Below are positions 26,176 to 37,138 of a stretch of DNA of 64,000 nucleotides, piece after piece. Position 1 is the first letter of the stretch; every line of letters begins with the position of its first letter. The stretch is from Parcubacteria group bacterium (GTDB lineage Bacteria; Patescibacteriota; Minisyncoccia; Moranbacterales; UBA11712). Made by a program: the position numbers and the translations under genes. Below the pieces are notes generated by a model. That model saw only the letters and a list, made by a program, of their open reading frames with translations, did not search any database and was not told the origin of the DNA. Location of the stretch: contig JBAZYY010000003.1 of NCBI GenBank assembly GCA_041659065.1, positions 20,696 through 84,695 of the forward strand, written 5' to 3'.

Positions 26176-29100
26176 TTACTCTCCGCTCCAATCTTTACAC
26201 AAAACCTCGGCCTGCTCTAAAACGGTTTTGGTTGCAAGCTCTTGTTTGTCCGGCGGATATTTATATTTATTAAGCAGTTTCTTCACATACACTCGAAGCT
26301 TCGCCCGGACGCTTTCTTTGAGCGTCCAATCGATTGTGGTATTTTTGCGGAGCATGGCTACCAGTTCTTGAGCGATTTTCCGTAACGTCTCGTCGCCGAG
26401 TTCCCTAACTGCGCTTTCGTTGTCGCAAAGAGCATCATAGAAAGCCACTTCATCCTCGGTGAGATTCAATTCACCGCCCCGATCTTTTTCTTCTCTTATT
26501 TTTTTCGCCAGTTCCACCAGTTCGGCAATCACTTGAGCCGCTTCGATTGTTTGGTTCTGATATTTCCTGATCGTTTCCTCAAGCATTTTGGCGAACGAGC
26601 GGGATTTGACCAAAAACTTTCTCTGCATCGTCAAAATCTCGTCATTGAGAAGTTTTTTGAGAAGTTCGAGGGCGACATTCTTATGTTCCAGCTCTTTTAC
26701 TTCCTGCAAAAATTCATCCGACAAAACCGAAACATTCGGAGTTTTTAGTCCAGCGGCATCAAAAATATTCACGACCTCATCTGAAACTACCGCGTTGGAA
26801 ACAATTTGCTTTATTGCTTGATCATAATCATCCTGTGTTGGTCCGCCTTGTCCTCCGCTTTGATCAAGTTTAATAATAATCGCCCGCACGGCTTGAAAAA
26901 ACGCCACTTCATCCCGAATCTTCAAGGCTTCGTCGCTGGGAACCGACAGCGAGAAAGCATAGGATAATTCGGTCACAGACTGCAAATATCTTTTCTTGCC
27001 GTCTTCCAATCCCAAAATATAGTCCGTGGCGCCAGAGATAACTCTTGTTTTATCGGCGGCCTTGTCGCTGAAATATAGAGCGTAATCAAATTTGTGATAC
27101 ATGTCTTTGACTATCTCGTATTTCTCAAGCATCACGGCGATCGCTTCTTCTTGCGGAATGGTCGGCTGTTCTTTTCCTTCCTTGGTATAATTTGCCAAAG
27201 CTTCTTTGAGCGAGGGAGCAATACCGAGATAATCAACAATCAGCCCGCCCGGCTTGTCTTTGTAGACCCGGTTTACTCGGGCAATAGTTTGCATCAAGCC
27301 ATGCCCCTTCATCGGCTTATCAATATACATCGTGTGGAGCGACGGGGCGTCAAAACCCGTGAGCCACATATCCCGAACAATCACGAATTTCAATTCGTCT
27401 TTCGGATCTTTCATGCGGCTTGCCAGAAGCTCCCGTTCATCTTTCGTGTGAATATGCTTTTGAAAATTGGCCGGATCGCTGGCCGAACCCGTCATTACAA
27501 CCTTGATAAACCCTTTGTTGATATCATCGCTATGCCAGTTCGGACGAAGCTTCACAATTTCCTCATAAAGTTCCACGGCGATTCTGCGACTCATCGCCAC
27601 AAACATTCCCTTGCCCTCCATAGCGTCAAGTCTGGCCTCGAAATGATCAACGACATCTTTAGCGATAAGCTTGATACGTTTCTCCGATCCGACCATCGCT
27701 TCAAGGCGCGCCCACTTGCTTTTGAGTTGTTCTTTTCTGGAAACCTCCTCGCCCTCCGTGAGTTCTTCAAATTCAGTATCAATTTTCGGGGTCTCTGATT
27801 TGAGGAGCTGAATTTTCGCCAGTCGTGCTTCATAATATATCGGCACGGTGGCATGATCTTCGACGGCTCGCGAAATATCATACACATCAACATATTCGCC
27901 AAATACCGCCCGTGTGTTTTTGTCAGTGAGCTCAATCGGCGTTCCCGTGAATCCGATGAATGAGGCGTTTGGCAAAGCGTCGTGCATATGACGAGCAAAA
28001 CCGTCAATGAAATCATACTGACTTCGGTGGGCTTCATCGGCGATCACCACAATATTTCGTCTGTCAGATAAAAGCTGGTGTTGATCGTTCTTATTTTCCG
28101 GAAAAAACTTTTGAATCGTGGTAAACACAACACCCCCCGAAGCAACGCTGAGCAAATCTTTCAAATCCGAACGATCCTTTGCTTGAACAGGAGTTTGGCG
28201 GAGGATCTCATCGCATCCGGAAAAGACTCCGAAAAGCTGATCATCCAAATCGTTGCGATCAGTAAGAATCACAAGTGTCGGGTTATCCAAAACTTGAATT
28301 ATTTTCCCGGCGTAAAAAACCATTGTAAGAGATTTTCCCGATCCTTGCGTGTGCCAAACCACTCCGCATCGGCGATCTCCCGATTCCCGTGTGGCTTCAA
28401 GAGTTTTCACAACCGCTTTGTTGGTCGCGTGATATTGGTGATAAGCCGCCAGTTTTTTGATAGTATTTTTCCCGTCAGATTCGAAGACAACAAAATTGCG
28501 AATAATATCGAGGAAATGTTCTTTAGCAAATATGCCTCTGATCAGCACTTCCATTTCTGGAATGGAGGCTGGAGCCACAGTTTCGCCGTCAATCGTCCGC
28601 CATTTCATGAATCGTTCAAGATCAGCCGAAAGCGTTCCGACTCGCGCGTCTATACCGTCACTAATGACGCAAAACGAGTTATATGCAAAAAGTGAAGTAA
28701 TTTGCGCTTTGTAGGTTTGAATCTGATTGAAAGCGTTTTTGACCGTGGCGTTGGTGTCAGCCGGATTTTTGAGTTCAAAAACAGCCAGAGGCAGGCCGTT
28801 CACAAAAATGACGACATCCGGACGGCGATTGTGATTGTTTTCAATAACAGTATACTGATTGACCGCCAGCCAATCATTTTGATCTATATTTTTGGAATCG
28901 ATCAGATAAACTTTGTCACCCGCGATTGTTCCGTCGGTTCGACGATATTCCACATCCACACCTTCAACTAGCATTTTGTGAAAAGAATGATTGGTTTCCA
29001 AAAGGCTGGGGTTGGAATATGCGACATTGATTACTTTTTTAATGGCATCTTCTTGAGCTTCACTGGGAATTGTCGGATTTATTTTTGCCACAGCTGATCG

Positions 29101-29256
29101 CAAATGCTCAACCAAAACAATGTCCTTGTATGATTGCCGTTCCGGCGATTCACCATCAAAAGCGATATTGGGACCGAAAACAATCGAATAGCCAAGTTCC
29201 TCAAGCCATTCGAGGGCTGCGTTTTCCAAGTCTGATTCGGTGTATTTGTTTGTCAT
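26176..29256 (-). CDS. hsdR: type I restriction enzyme R subunit
   Basis: N-terminal HsdR_N nuclease region, SF2 helicase motifs ([11 protein letters not shown] = motif I; [10 protein letters not shown] = DEAH box), and a C-terminal HsdR-specific domain. Length is 1026 aa. Confidence 0.9.
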   Translation of the reverse strand: MTNKYTESDLENAALEWLEELGYSIVFGPNIAFDGESPERQSYKDIVLVEHLRSAVAKINPTIPSEAQEDAIKKVINVAYSNPSLLETNHSFHKMLVEGVDVEYRRTDGTIAGDKVYLIDSKNIDQNDWLAVNQYTVIENNHNRRPDVVIFVNGLPLAVFELKNPADTNATVKNAFNQIQTYKAQITSLFAYNSFCVISDGIDARVGTLSADLERFMKWRTIDGETVAPASIPEMEVLIRGIFAKEHFLDIIRNFVVFESDGKNTIKKLAAYHQYHATNKAVVKTLEATRESGDRRCGVVWHTQGSGKSLTMVFYAGKIIQVLDNPTLVILTDRNDLDDQLFGVFSGCDEILRQTPVQAKDRSDLKDLLSVASGGVVFTTIQKFFPENKNDQHQLLSDRRNIVVIADEAHRSQYDFIDGFARHMHDALPNASFIGFTGTPIELTDKNTRAVFGEYVDVYDISRAVEDHATVPIYYEARLAKIQLLKSETPKIDTEFEELTEGEEVSRKEQLKSKWARLEAMVGSEKRIKLIAKDVVDHFEARLDAMEGKGMFVAMSRRIAVELYEEIVKLRPNWHSDDINKGFIKVVMTGSASDPANFQKHIHTKDERELLASRMKDPKDELKFVIVRDMWLTGFDAPSLHTMYIDKPMKGHGLMQTIARVNRVYKDKPGGLIVDYLGIAPSLKEALANYTKEGKEQPTIPQEEAIAVMLEKYEIVKDMYHKFDYALYFSDKAADKTRVISGATDYILGLEDGKKRYLQSVTELSYAFSLSVPSDEALKIRDEVAFFQAVRAIIIKLDQSGGQGGPTQDDYDQAIKQIVSNAVVSDEVVNIFDAAGLKTPNVSVLSDEFLQEVKELEHKNVALELLKKLLNDEILTMQRKFLVKSRSFAKMLEETIRKYQNQTIEAAQVIAELVELAKKIREEKDRGGELNLTEDEVAFYDALCDNESAVRELGDETLRKIAQELVAMLRKNTTIDWTLKESVRAKLRVYVKKLLNKYKYPPDKQELATKTVLEQAEVLCKDWSGE

Positions 29257-29258
29257 AG

Positions 29259-30164
29259 TTATATTTTTATAATTTTATCTTCCGTTGCCCTGTATTGTTC
29301 AAAGAATGGAAATGTTTTTTCTGAAAGCGGACTCGATGCAAGTGGATTATGCATCAAAACGCACTCACCGCCCATTTTTTCTCGACAACTCAAAACGGCA
29401 TCTTTGGAATAGATTACCGCACTTATTCCAGCATGTTTTGGATCTTGAAAAAAATCCATCGGCACAGGGCTCCCATTTTTTTTCGGAACTTCTTTTCGTA
29501 TTGACCAAAATGGCTTATCAAATTTACTATCTCCTTTTTTCTCTCCAGCTTTTAAAATACGGAATGTCTGGTATCCGATGCTAAACAGAACCTTGAGAAT
29601 AAGTGGTATTCCAGTATCAACATGATCCAGTGATGCTCTGTTGACGGCAATTATGAATATATCGTCTTTTTTGACTATTCCATCGGAAACATATTTTTGG
29701 TAAACCCTAAGCTTTTCATTTAATGAGTTCCTTAGACGAAATAACATTTGTTTTTCTGGGACATCTTGCAAAACACCGTATTGCACATCTGGCACATAAT
29801 TTTCACTGTCCTTGCTGCCTTTTTGCGGTGCTACGCATTCAATCCAAATCGTTTTGCCGCTTGTAACTAATTTGATGTCCGGACCGCTATCGCTCGATGA
29901 TATTTCAAAACCTTTCCCGAGAAGAACGCAAGCAAGATACATCTCCCAAGTCCTTTGATGAAAATTGCTTTTCACATCTATCAAAAAATTGCTATCTTTA
30001 TGCGGTTCAAATTGTTTATACATTTCATCAAAAAACTTCTTCCTGTCTGGAATAGATCCACTAGCAATATACCAACCATCGTAATTCGAATATTGCTTTT
30101 GCAAGCGCGCTAATTCCTCATTATTTTTTGTAACTGGAAAATTGTCGGTAAATAAACTTGGCAT
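29259..30164 (-). CDS. hypothetical protein embedded in the type I R-M operon (301 aa)
   Basis: The ORF stop abuts the hsdR start (2-bp gap). A possible nuclease-like D...E..K pattern is weak. Confidence 0.45.
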   Translation of the reverse strand: MPSLFTDNFPVTKNNEELARLQKQYSNYDGWYIASGSIPDRKKFFDEMYKQFEPHKDSNFLIDVKSNFHQRTWEMYLACVLLGKGFEISSSDSGPDIKLVTSGKTIWIECVAPQKGSKDSENYVPDVQYGVLQDVPEKQMLFRLRNSLNEKLRVYQKYVSDGIVKKDDIFIIAVNRASLDHVDTGIPLILKVLFSIGYQTFRILKAGEKKGDSKFDKPFWSIRKEVPKKNGSPVPMDFFQDPKHAGISAVIYSKDAVLSCREKMGGECVLMHNPLASSPLSEKTFPFFEQYRATEDKIIKI

Positions 30165-30184
30165 GTTATCTTACTCTTATTTTT

Positions 30185-30649
30185 CTACTTATAAACATTA
30201 GCGATAGACACATCAATAGTTTTCATTATTTTTGCATTAGCAGGAATAATATAGTTCATAGATAATTCATTTATAAGTTCGATTTGCTTTTTTGATTTTT
30301 CAATATTTCTTTTTTTAACATTTTTTATGCAAATATCTGGATTATTTTCAAAACAATGCCATTGAATTTCAACAGAATTTGAAAAATAAATTTTTACAAA
30401 ATCTTTTAAATCTTCCTGTTTATTTTTTTGGGAAAACCTAACATCTGCAATAACACAATTTTCTCTATTACCCAGCCTTTTGATAAGTTCGTCTTTAAAT
30501 TTACTATGCTTCATATCGCCTATATTATCTACGGCTTCCGCAAAAATATCATCAAAGGCATAAAAACCAAGCGGCTCCAACTTATTTTTCATGTAATAAG
30601 ATTTTCCTGAACCCGGCGAACCAATCACAACTATTAATATTGTTTTCAT
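30185..30649 (-). CDS. small P-loop NTPase/kinase-like protein
   Basis: Walker A VIGSPGSGKSYY at the N-terminus, 154 aa. It overlaps the hsdS end by 4 bp. Confidence 0.6.
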   Translation of the reverse strand: MKTILIVVIGSPGSGKSYYMKNKLEPLGFYAFDDIFAEAVDNIGDMKHSKFKDELIKRLGNRENCVIADVRFSQKNKQEDLKDFVKIYFSNSVEIQWHCFENNPDICIKNVKKRNIEKSKKQIELINELSMNYIIPANAKIMKTIDVSIANVYK

Positions 30650-31899
30650 AATTTTATTTTTACTCTTATTTTTCCACTCATCAGTCGAGGCAACAGAGAA
30701 TCTCGAATTAAAATCAATTCTTCATTTTCTTGACCATTTTTCTTAATCTTTTCAAAGAGTGGGCTGACGGTTGTTTCGTATTTTTTGATTAAATCTAAAT
30801 CTGGAAACGGAAATGATACTTGTGCAAAAGTTGAAATAGTTATAGTTGAAAACACTGAACCATGCGCCTTTTGTTTCAATTCCTCGGCAGTCATTTTTGT
30901 TAGTTCATAGACAAAATATGGATCGGTATCGTCTTTTCCCCTTAGTGCATAGCATGATTGATTCATTGCCATCGGCACTCCAGCCATCGCAACTTTTCCT
31001 ACTGTGCCACGAGCAGTAATAAATGTTGTATCTATTGGATAGAGCGGACTATTACAACTTTTCAATCCATCCTGTGTAATGTATTTTTCAGTTCCCAATA
31101 CATACACAGAGTCGTCAGCGTCTTTCGGTGTGAAAAAAGGAATATTACCGTTCCAATATTGATATGCGTTTGTTTTTGGAGTGCCGCCACTCATCACTTC
31201 GACAACATCAGTAAATTTAGCAACTTTCCATTCTTCCAGCAGCCTATCGCCAATATCAACAAACCACTTTTTGAAAAGAATGGATGCTATTTTTTCTAGG
31301 TTGGCATTGATTTTACGATTAAGTTCTATTTTATCGTCGAGTGAGGAAATAATTTCGGCGATTTGTTTTTGTTCCTCAATTGTCGGCCGAATTATTTTAA
31401 GATTCTTTAAATCCCTGATTGGTAGTTGCGGTTGTGCTGATCCAGTGGTTAATTCGACAATTTGTTTTTTTGTAATCCAACTTTTCAATAATTGAAATAA
31501 GTATTTTGAATCAAAATCCTTATTGTTTCTCAAAATAACCATTCCGGAATTAATCCTCATATTTTCAAAGGGTATAGTCTCATCATAAAAGGCAACATTT
31601 CCCACAGTTCCTCTCGTTGTTAACACAAAATCACCTTTCTGCATTTTGCCTTTTCGTAGCTCCGCATCTTTTGACTGTGAAATAAATTGACTATTCGAGA
31701 AATTGAAACTATCGCCACAAACATTTTTTGCATTAAGAAATAAGCAGTAATCTTTATCAGAAAAATCTGACCCATGAGGATAGTTTGACCCCCGATCCCC
31801 ATCAATTATATTTAGAGCCTCATTAATATTAACAATATCCCATTCTTCTGGAATGATCCCAATTTCTGTTTCTTTAAATTTTGTTTCAACTATTTTCAT
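30646..31899 (-). CDS. hsdS: type I restriction-modification specificity subunit
   Basis: Two target-recognition domains separated by and ending with the conserved coiled-coil repeats (LPIRDLKNLKIIRPTIEEQKQIAEII / LLPRLMSGKIRV). Confidence 0.85.
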   Translation of the reverse strand: MKIVETKFKETEIGIIPEEWDIVNINEALNIIDGDRGSNYPHGSDFSDKDYCLFLNAKNVCGDSFNFSNSQFISQSKDAELRKGKMQKGDFVLTTRGTVGNVAFYDETIPFENMRINSGMVILRNNKDFDSKYLFQLLKSWITKKQIVELTTGSAQPQLPIRDLKNLKIIRPTIEEQKQIAEIISSLDDKIELNRKINANLEKIASILFKKWFVDIGDRLLEEWKVAKFTDVVEVMSGGTPKTNAYQYWNGNIPFFTPKDADDSVYVLGTEKYITQDGLKSCNSPLYPIDTTFITARGTVGKVAMAGVPMAMNQSCYALRGKDDTDPYFVYELTKMTAEELKQKAHGSVFSTITISTFAQVSFPFPDLDLIKKYETTVSPLFEKIKKNGQENEELILIRDSLLPRLMSGKIRVKIKL

Positions 31900-31900
31900 G

Positions 31901-32653
31901 CTATTTTCTGTTGATCAAGTCGTAAGCCAAGCTGGCCAGCGCGATATAATGAACTGCTAAATTTTTATCCAGATCTTGAGCTGGGGTATGAGCCTTCTCG
32001 TTTCTCAAAAATTGAATTGCCATATGTAAAAACTTGATGCCCTCAAAAAAATCTTTCTCGGCATCATTCAAGGGTTGATGACCAAAAATTTTTTCATAAT
32101 TTGAATTACTGAAAGCATCAGTGGCTTTTTCCTTACCCGACACATCTTTCAATTTTTTTCTGACAACCTTATACGCTTCTTCGACAGCATTGAAGCAGTG
32201 ACCGTCATTTAATAATTTTTGCACATGATCAAAAATATCTTTTTGCAGAAGAATGTTAATGTTGCCGTTCTGAAAAGTGGCTTGGGATTTATTTTCCTTT
32301 TCTTCTATTTTTACACCTAATAACCTCTTGCTAACTTTTTCGCCCGCGTCAATTATTTCTTTTGGAAAATCTTCTCTTTTCAGATTGTCGATAAGTATCT
32401 GATTCTCGATATATTCGATAAGCTTGGCGATGCTTTTGCCAATAAGTTTGTCGTCAGCGGTTAGCCACAGACCACGCAAACGATTAGCCTTTGATCCGCT
32501 ACCATACATATATTTTTTGTTGTAGATGTCGATGCCAACGTCGTCCCTGAAAAACTCGCCCATAGTTCGGTCGGAAAAATTCAAAACATAACCACCACCC
32601 ATCTGGAACAGTTTCTCAAGGAGTTGTTTTTCATTTGTGGTTAAGTTTGCCAT
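31901..32653 (-). CDS. TIGR02391-family protein (HEPN-like, R-M-locus associated)
   Basis: The C-terminal region has GHCFNAVEEAYKVVRKK ... FLRNEKAHT (Rx4-6H HEPN motif), characteristic of the ymh family found between hsdM and hsdS. Confidence 0.65.
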   Translation of the reverse strand: MANLTTNEKQLLEKLFQMGGGYVLNFSDRTMGEFFRDDVGIDIYNKKYMYGSGSKANRLRGLWLTADDKLIGKSIAKLIEYIENQILIDNLKREDFPKEIIDAGEKVSKRLLGVKIEEKENKSQATFQNGNINILLQKDIFDHVQKLLNDGHCFNAVEEAYKVVRKKLKDVSGKEKATDAFSNSNYEKIFGHQPLNDAEKDFFEGIKFLHMAIQFLRNEKAHTPAQDLDKNLAVHYIALASLAYDLINRK

Positions 32654-32655
32654 AG

Positions 32656-34206
32656 TTATTCCAAATTAAACCCGATACTTTTCAGATTTCTTCTTATTCT
32701 TTCCTCTAATTCTCCCGACTGTTTGAATTGCTTGGAAAGCTCGCTAGTCAGTCTTTTCATTTTTTCCTCAAAAACTTCGTCATCCTCTTCCACAAAATCC
32801 GTTCCGACATATCGGCCGGGAGTCAAAACAAAACCGTTCTTTTCAACTTCTTCAATTTTTGCCGCTTTGCAAAAACCTTTTACATCTTCATATTTCCCAT
32901 CTCTATTTCTCCAGCTATGATAAACACTGGAAATTTTTTGAACATCTTCACTCGTGAGCTCTCGGTTCTTTCTGGTGACCATCGTTCCCATTTTTCGGGA
33001 ATCAATGAACAAAATCTCATCTTGCCGATCTCTGAATTTATGATTATGTCGATCTCGGGAAACAAACCAAAGGCACGCTGGAATCTGTGTTGTATAAAAA
33101 AGCTGCGGTGGCATCGCCACAATGCAATCCACCAATCCGTTTTGAATGAGGTTTTTTCTAATTTCCCCCTCGCCTGAAGTATTCGATGAAAGCGAACCAT
33201 TCGCCAAAACAAATCCAGCAATTCCGGCCGGAGTCAAGTGATGGATCATATGCTGAATCCATGCGTAGTTCGCATTGCCAGCTGGAGGCACGCCATATTT
33301 CCAGCGGATGTCATCTTTGAGCCTCTCGCCACCCCAGTCGCTGATGTTAAACGGCGGATTTGCCAAAATAAAATCCGCTTTCAAATCTTTGTGTAGATCA
33401 TTATGAAAAGTATCGGCGTTATGCGTTCCGATGTTACCCTCAATCCCACGGATGGCGAGATTCATTTTGCAAAGCCGCCAAGTGGTCGGGTTCGATTCTT
33501 GTCCATAAACAGCAATATCATTTTTATTTCCTCCGTGAGCTTCAACAAATTTTTCACTTTGAACAAACATGCCACCACTTCCGCAGCAGGGATCATATAT
33601 GCGTCCCTTGTACGGTTCGAGCATTTCAACTAAGAGTTTGACCACCGATTGAGGAGTGAAAAATTCGCCCCCGCCTTTTCCTTCGGCAGATGCGAATCGT
33701 CCAAGAAAATATTCATAGACCCGTCCGAGAATATCTTTACTTCGGCTTTCTTTGTCTCCAAGGCCAATTGTGCTTACCATATCAATGAGTTCACCGAGAC
33801 GAACTTTGTCTAGATCGGGACGGGCATAGTTTTTGGAAAGCACGCCTTTGAGGCTCGGGTTGTCTTTTTCGATGGCCACCATGGCGTCGTCAAGCATCTT
33901 TCCAATCTCCGGTTTTTTGGCGTTTGCTTTCAAAAATTCCCAACGAGCCTCCTGTGGAACCCAAAATACGCCTTCGCCAACATAAGCATCGCGATCTTCT
34001 TCCTGACCTTCATAATGATCGGGATCATTTTTGATTTGAGTGTGCACTTCCTCAAACGAATCGGAAATGTATTTGAGAAATATCAAACCAAGCACCACGT
34101 GCTTATATTCAGCTGGATCCATATTGTTTCGCATCTTGTCCGCGGCTGCCCAAAGTGTTTCCTCGAAGCCAACATTTGTGCCATTAGATTTTTTATTTTT
34201 TGCCAT
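32656..34206 (-). CDS. hsdM: type I restriction-modification DNA methyltransferase M subunit
   Basis: N6-adenine MTase motif [11 protein letters not shown]; motif [10 protein letters not shown]; N-terminal HsdM_N. Confidence 0.9.
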   Translation of the reverse strand: MAKNKKSNGTNVGFEETLWAAADKMRNNMDPAEYKHVVLGLIFLKYISDSFEEVHTQIKNDPDHYEGQEEDRDAYVGEGVFWVPQEARWEFLKANAKKPEIGKMLDDAMVAIEKDNPSLKGVLSKNYARPDLDKVRLGELIDMVSTIGLGDKESRSKDILGRVYEYFLGRFASAEGKGGGEFFTPQSVVKLLVEMLEPYKGRIYDPCCGSGGMFVQSEKFVEAHGGNKNDIAVYGQESNPTTWRLCKMNLAIRGIEGNIGTHNADTFHNDLHKDLKADFILANPPFNISDWGGERLKDDIRWKYGVPPAGNANYAWIQHMIHHLTPAGIAGFVLANGSLSSNTSGEGEIRKNLIQNGLVDCIVAMPPQLFYTTQIPACLWFVSRDRHNHKFRDRQDEILFIDSRKMGTMVTRKNRELTSEDVQKISSVYHSWRNRDGKYEDVKGFCKAAKIEEVEKNGFVLTPGRYVGTDFVEEDDEVFEEKMKRLTSELSKQFKQSGELEERIRRNLKSIGFNLE

Positions 34207-34402
34207 GATTTTGGTTGATTATTTTTAAGACATCTTCTTTTTTGTATCTGCGATCGCCACGTTTTCCAAATCGGATGGCTTTCAGCGTGCCTTCATTATC
34301 CCAATTGCGAAGCGTGTTGGGATGGCAATTTAGCAGCTCGCAAGCGTCCTGAAGCGTCAGTATTTCCGGATATTCTTCAATTTTTCGTGATTGCTTTTTC
34401 AT
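34193..34402 (-). CDS. small HTH DNA-binding protein (excisionase/AlpA/MerR-like)
   Basis: [44 protein letters not shown] is an HTH_17-type helix-turn-helix. It overlaps the hsdM start by 14 bp. Confidence 0.6.
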   Translation of the reverse strand: MKKQSRKIEEYPEILTLQDACELLNCHPNTLRNWDNEGTLKAIRFGKRGDRRYKKEDVLKIINQNHGKK

Positions 34403-34428
34403 AAAATATGACTTAACATTAGTTTACA

Positions 34429-35274
34429 ATGAAAAAACCCATAAGTAAAGGCAAAAAGAACAATTACCGCAGAGGCCGTTTTTCGAAAAAAAGCGAGCCT
34501 CAATTTTCATATTCATCACACAAAAAGAACATAGACAATGTGAAGTTGCTGTTTTCCTATAGCTTGTTTCGGAAGGAGATAAAAACAATTAGAGATTACC
34601 TAAAAATACCAAAGGATGGATTAAAAGATGAAGATTCAAAGAAATGGCATTTAGATAGAGACAAGGAATCAAATGAAATTATGGAATCTGAACGATTTTT
34701 GCTTCAAGGGGAAAGAATTTGTCAAAAAATTATACTAGGAGAAATTAGTCTTGCGATGGGCAATAAGCAAGCTCGTCTTCTGCTCAATAAGATGCCTTGG
34801 AATTATTTATCAAATTCAGTTAATTTCTTGATTGAAAAGTTTCATGTTCCGCTTAATTATGAGCAGACCATAAGGCGCTACATCCTTTTTAACAAGATTG
34901 TGTTCGTTCCAGCTCAAAATTTCGTTGTCGGCGGATTTGACGGTAGCTTTCGGATTAAGGACGCCAGATTTTTACCAATAAGAATTTATGCCAAGCTGAC
35001 AGATGAGGATATCGAAGAAATAAAAGATACGATTGAAAGATTCGGTAAAAATCTTCCTAATTTTCAACCGCTTAAGGATATTGATAAGCGATTGACCATT
35101 GAAGAATGGGTTAGGAGTAGAGGAAAAATTGATCCGCTGACTGGGAATGAATATCAAATGACAGTAGAGGAAATCGCGGAAAATATTTACGGCAATAAGA
35201 AACAAAAAAATAAGGTCAGAGATAATCAACGTAAATTGGATGAGATAAGAAAAAAGAGGTTCGGAAAATTGTAG
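34429..35274 (+). CDS. hypothetical protein (281 aa)
   Basis: ORF only; basic N-terminus. Confidence 0.45.
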   Translation: MKKPISKGKKNNYRRGRFSKKSEPQFSYSSHKKNIDNVKLLFSYSLFRKEIKTIRDYLKIPKDGLKDEDSKKWHLDRDKESNEIMESERFLLQGERICQKIILGEISLAMGNKQARLLLNKMPWNYLSNSVNFLIEKFHVPLNYEQTIRRYILFNKIVFVPAQNFVVGGFDGSFRIKDARFLPIRIYAKLTDEDIEEIKDTIERFGKNLPNFQPLKDIDKRLTIEEWVRSRGKIDPLTGNEYQMTVEEIAENIYGNKKQKNKVRDNQRKLDEIRKKRFGKL

Positions 35275-35383
35275 GTTATAATTTTCCGAGGGCTAGTAGC
35301 ATTGCATGATTTAATAGACACAGTTAGCTGTGTCTATTTTTTTATCGAAAAAAGACACGGTAATAATTATTAAGTAAAAATCT

Positions 35384-36733
35384 ATGACACCACAAAATGT
35401 CGCAGAGAAAATCTCGAGGGAAAAACTTCGAGTCGAGTACGTGGACGCTTCGATGCTCAAAGCGTCCGAATACAATCCTAGGAGAATAAGCAAAGAAGGG
35501 ATGGAGCACCTAAAAGAAAGTATTCGTCGATACTCTCTTGTGGATCCCCTTATCGTGAACTCAGCTCCCAACCGCAAAGGAATTTTGATTGGGGGTCACA
35601 TGAGATTACGAGCAGCCGTAGAGCTAGGAATCAAAAAAGTGCCGATAGTCGAGCTAAATATTCCGGATATCGAAAAGGAAAAAGAACTCAATATACGACT
35701 CAACAAAAACACGGGGGAATTCGATTGGAACTTGCTAGCTGATTTCGGCGAAACATTTCTCGCTGATGCGGGCTTCACCAGCGAAGAGTTGGATAATATT
35801 TTTGCAGTCGAAGACTCGCCCGAATTGTTTGATCTTCAGAAAGAATTGACTAAGCTCGATATAAAAAAAATCGAAATCCAAAAAGGCGATGTTTGGCAAT
35901 TCGGCGAATCGAGATTGATGTGCGGCGACTCAACCGTCGAAGCCGATATGTTAAAACTTATGAACGGCGAAAAAGCTGACATGTGCTTCACTGATCCCCC
36001 GTACATTTTAGACTATCTTAAGGGTAAGAAAAAGAACGGAAAACCGATTGAAGGATTTGGCTATAAACGCGATCGCAAATACCTTGAAACTGACATTCTA
36101 CCAGACGACTTCACGGAAAAATGGATGTCGAATATCCACGAAGTAGCCAATGAAAATTTCTCCATTATTGTTTATGAGAATTGGAAAAACATCAGGACTA
36201 TTTGGGGAGAAATGGAAAAGTATTTCAAGATGAAGAACATGATTGTGTGGCACCTTCCCAATCGAGTCCAGGGATTCGCCGCAAAATACAAATTCTTTAA
36301 TAAACACGATATCGCCATGGTCGGTGGCAGTGGAAATGTGACAATCAACATGGAATCGGAAGATGAACTACTTCAAAACGAATACGAAACCGCCCTATTT
36401 GGAATTCAAGGCAAGCCTCACTGGGAAAGTTATGAAAAAGGCAAAAAAATCTGTCCTACTGACTTTTTGGAATTTAAGGCAGCTGATGAAAAAAGTTCCG
36501 GGCAAGGAATAATTTTCGGAACTAAGCCGACGGAAATATTGATTCCATACATCAAAGTCCTTACAAAACGAGGCAGCCTAATTGTCGAGCCCTTTGGCGG
36601 AAGCGGATCGACTTTGATTGCGGCCGAGAAAATGAAACGCAGGTGCTACCTTATGGAAAAATCCCCAGTATACGCTGAAGTTATCCGCAACCGTTGGGAA
36701 AAACTAACTGGCAAAAAAGCCACAAAAATATGA
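35384..36733 (+). CDS. ParB-like nuclease domain fused to N6/N4 DNA methyltransferase (phage-type)
   Basis: An N-terminal ParB/Srx fold (LIVNSAPN..GILIGGHMRLRAAVELG), then methylase motif IV CFTDPPY and a C-terminal motif I-like EPFGGSGST (permuted beta-class order). Confidence 0.8.
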   Translation: MTPQNVAEKISREKLRVEYVDASMLKASEYNPRRISKEGMEHLKESIRRYSLVDPLIVNSAPNRKGILIGGHMRLRAAVELGIKKVPIVELNIPDIEKEKELNIRLNKNTGEFDWNLLADFGETFLADAGFTSEELDNIFAVEDSPELFDLQKELTKLDIKKIEIQKGDVWQFGESRLMCGDSTVEADMLKLMNGEKADMCFTDPPYILDYLKGKKKNGKPIEGFGYKRDRKYLETDILPDDFTEKWMSNIHEVANENFSIIVYENWKNIRTIWGEMEKYFKMKNMIVWHLPNRVQGFAAKYKFFNKHDIAMVGGSGNVTINMESEDELLQNEYETALFGIQGKPHWESYEKGKKICPTDFLEFKAADEKSSGQGIIFGTKPTEILIPYIKVLTKRGSLIVEPFGGSGSTLIAAEKMKRRCYLMEKSPVYAEVIRNRWEKLTGKKATKI

Positions 36734-36871
36734 AAAAGCAACATCACAAAAAAAGCCTTTCTGGAGCACCTTCGTAAAATTCCAATTATACAAGTAAGTT
36801 GCGAAAAAACCGGCATCGCAAGATGCACGATCTATCGTTGGAAAAAAGAAAGCAAGAAATTCGCCAAAGAA

Positions 36872-37120
36872 ATGGAGAATGCATTGGCTGAGGGAGAAGC
36901 CCTGATAAACGACATGAGCGAATCCCAGCTAATATCGCTCATTAAGGACAAGAATTTCAGCGCCATAAGATTCTGGCTCAAAAATCGTCACGAAAAATTC
37001 CGTGAGCGATTTGAAGTAACGACTAATTTACAAGGACAAGAAGAATTGACCAAAGAACAAAAAAACGTTGTCCGGGAAGCTCTCCGCCTAGCATCACTCG
37101 GCAATAAAAAGAAGAAATAA
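36872..37120 (+). CDS. terminase small subunit-like HTH protein (annotated from first ATG; ORF likely begins upstream at a non-ATG codon)
   Basis: The open frame extends back to 36734 (ITKKAFLEHLRKIPIIQVSCEKTGIARCTIYRWKK...) with an HTH, then AIRFWLKNRHEKFRERF resembling terminase small-subunit C-terminal motifs. It lies directly upstream of TerL. Confidence 0.4.
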   Translation: MENALAEGEALINDMSESQLISLIKDKNFSAIRFWLKNRHEKFRERFEVTTNLQGQEELTKEQKNVVREALRLASLGNKKKK

Positions 37121-37138
37121 CTATTAAAATTTAATTCC

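Noticed and set aside
27094-28695. Long plus-strand ORFs (234 aa, 205 aa) inside hsdR
   Set aside because: They are antisense to a well-supported 1026-aa HsdR with intact helicase motifs and have no motifs of their own. They are typical shadow ORFs.
36731-36733. Alternative genetic code (UGA=Gly, code 25) causing read-through from the ParB-methylase into the TerS-like frame
   Set aside because: Many other genes, including the SGNH hydrolase, rsgA, hsd genes, ileS and glyS, terminate at TGA exactly where homologous proteins end, followed by sensible intergenic spacing. The standard code is therefore supported.
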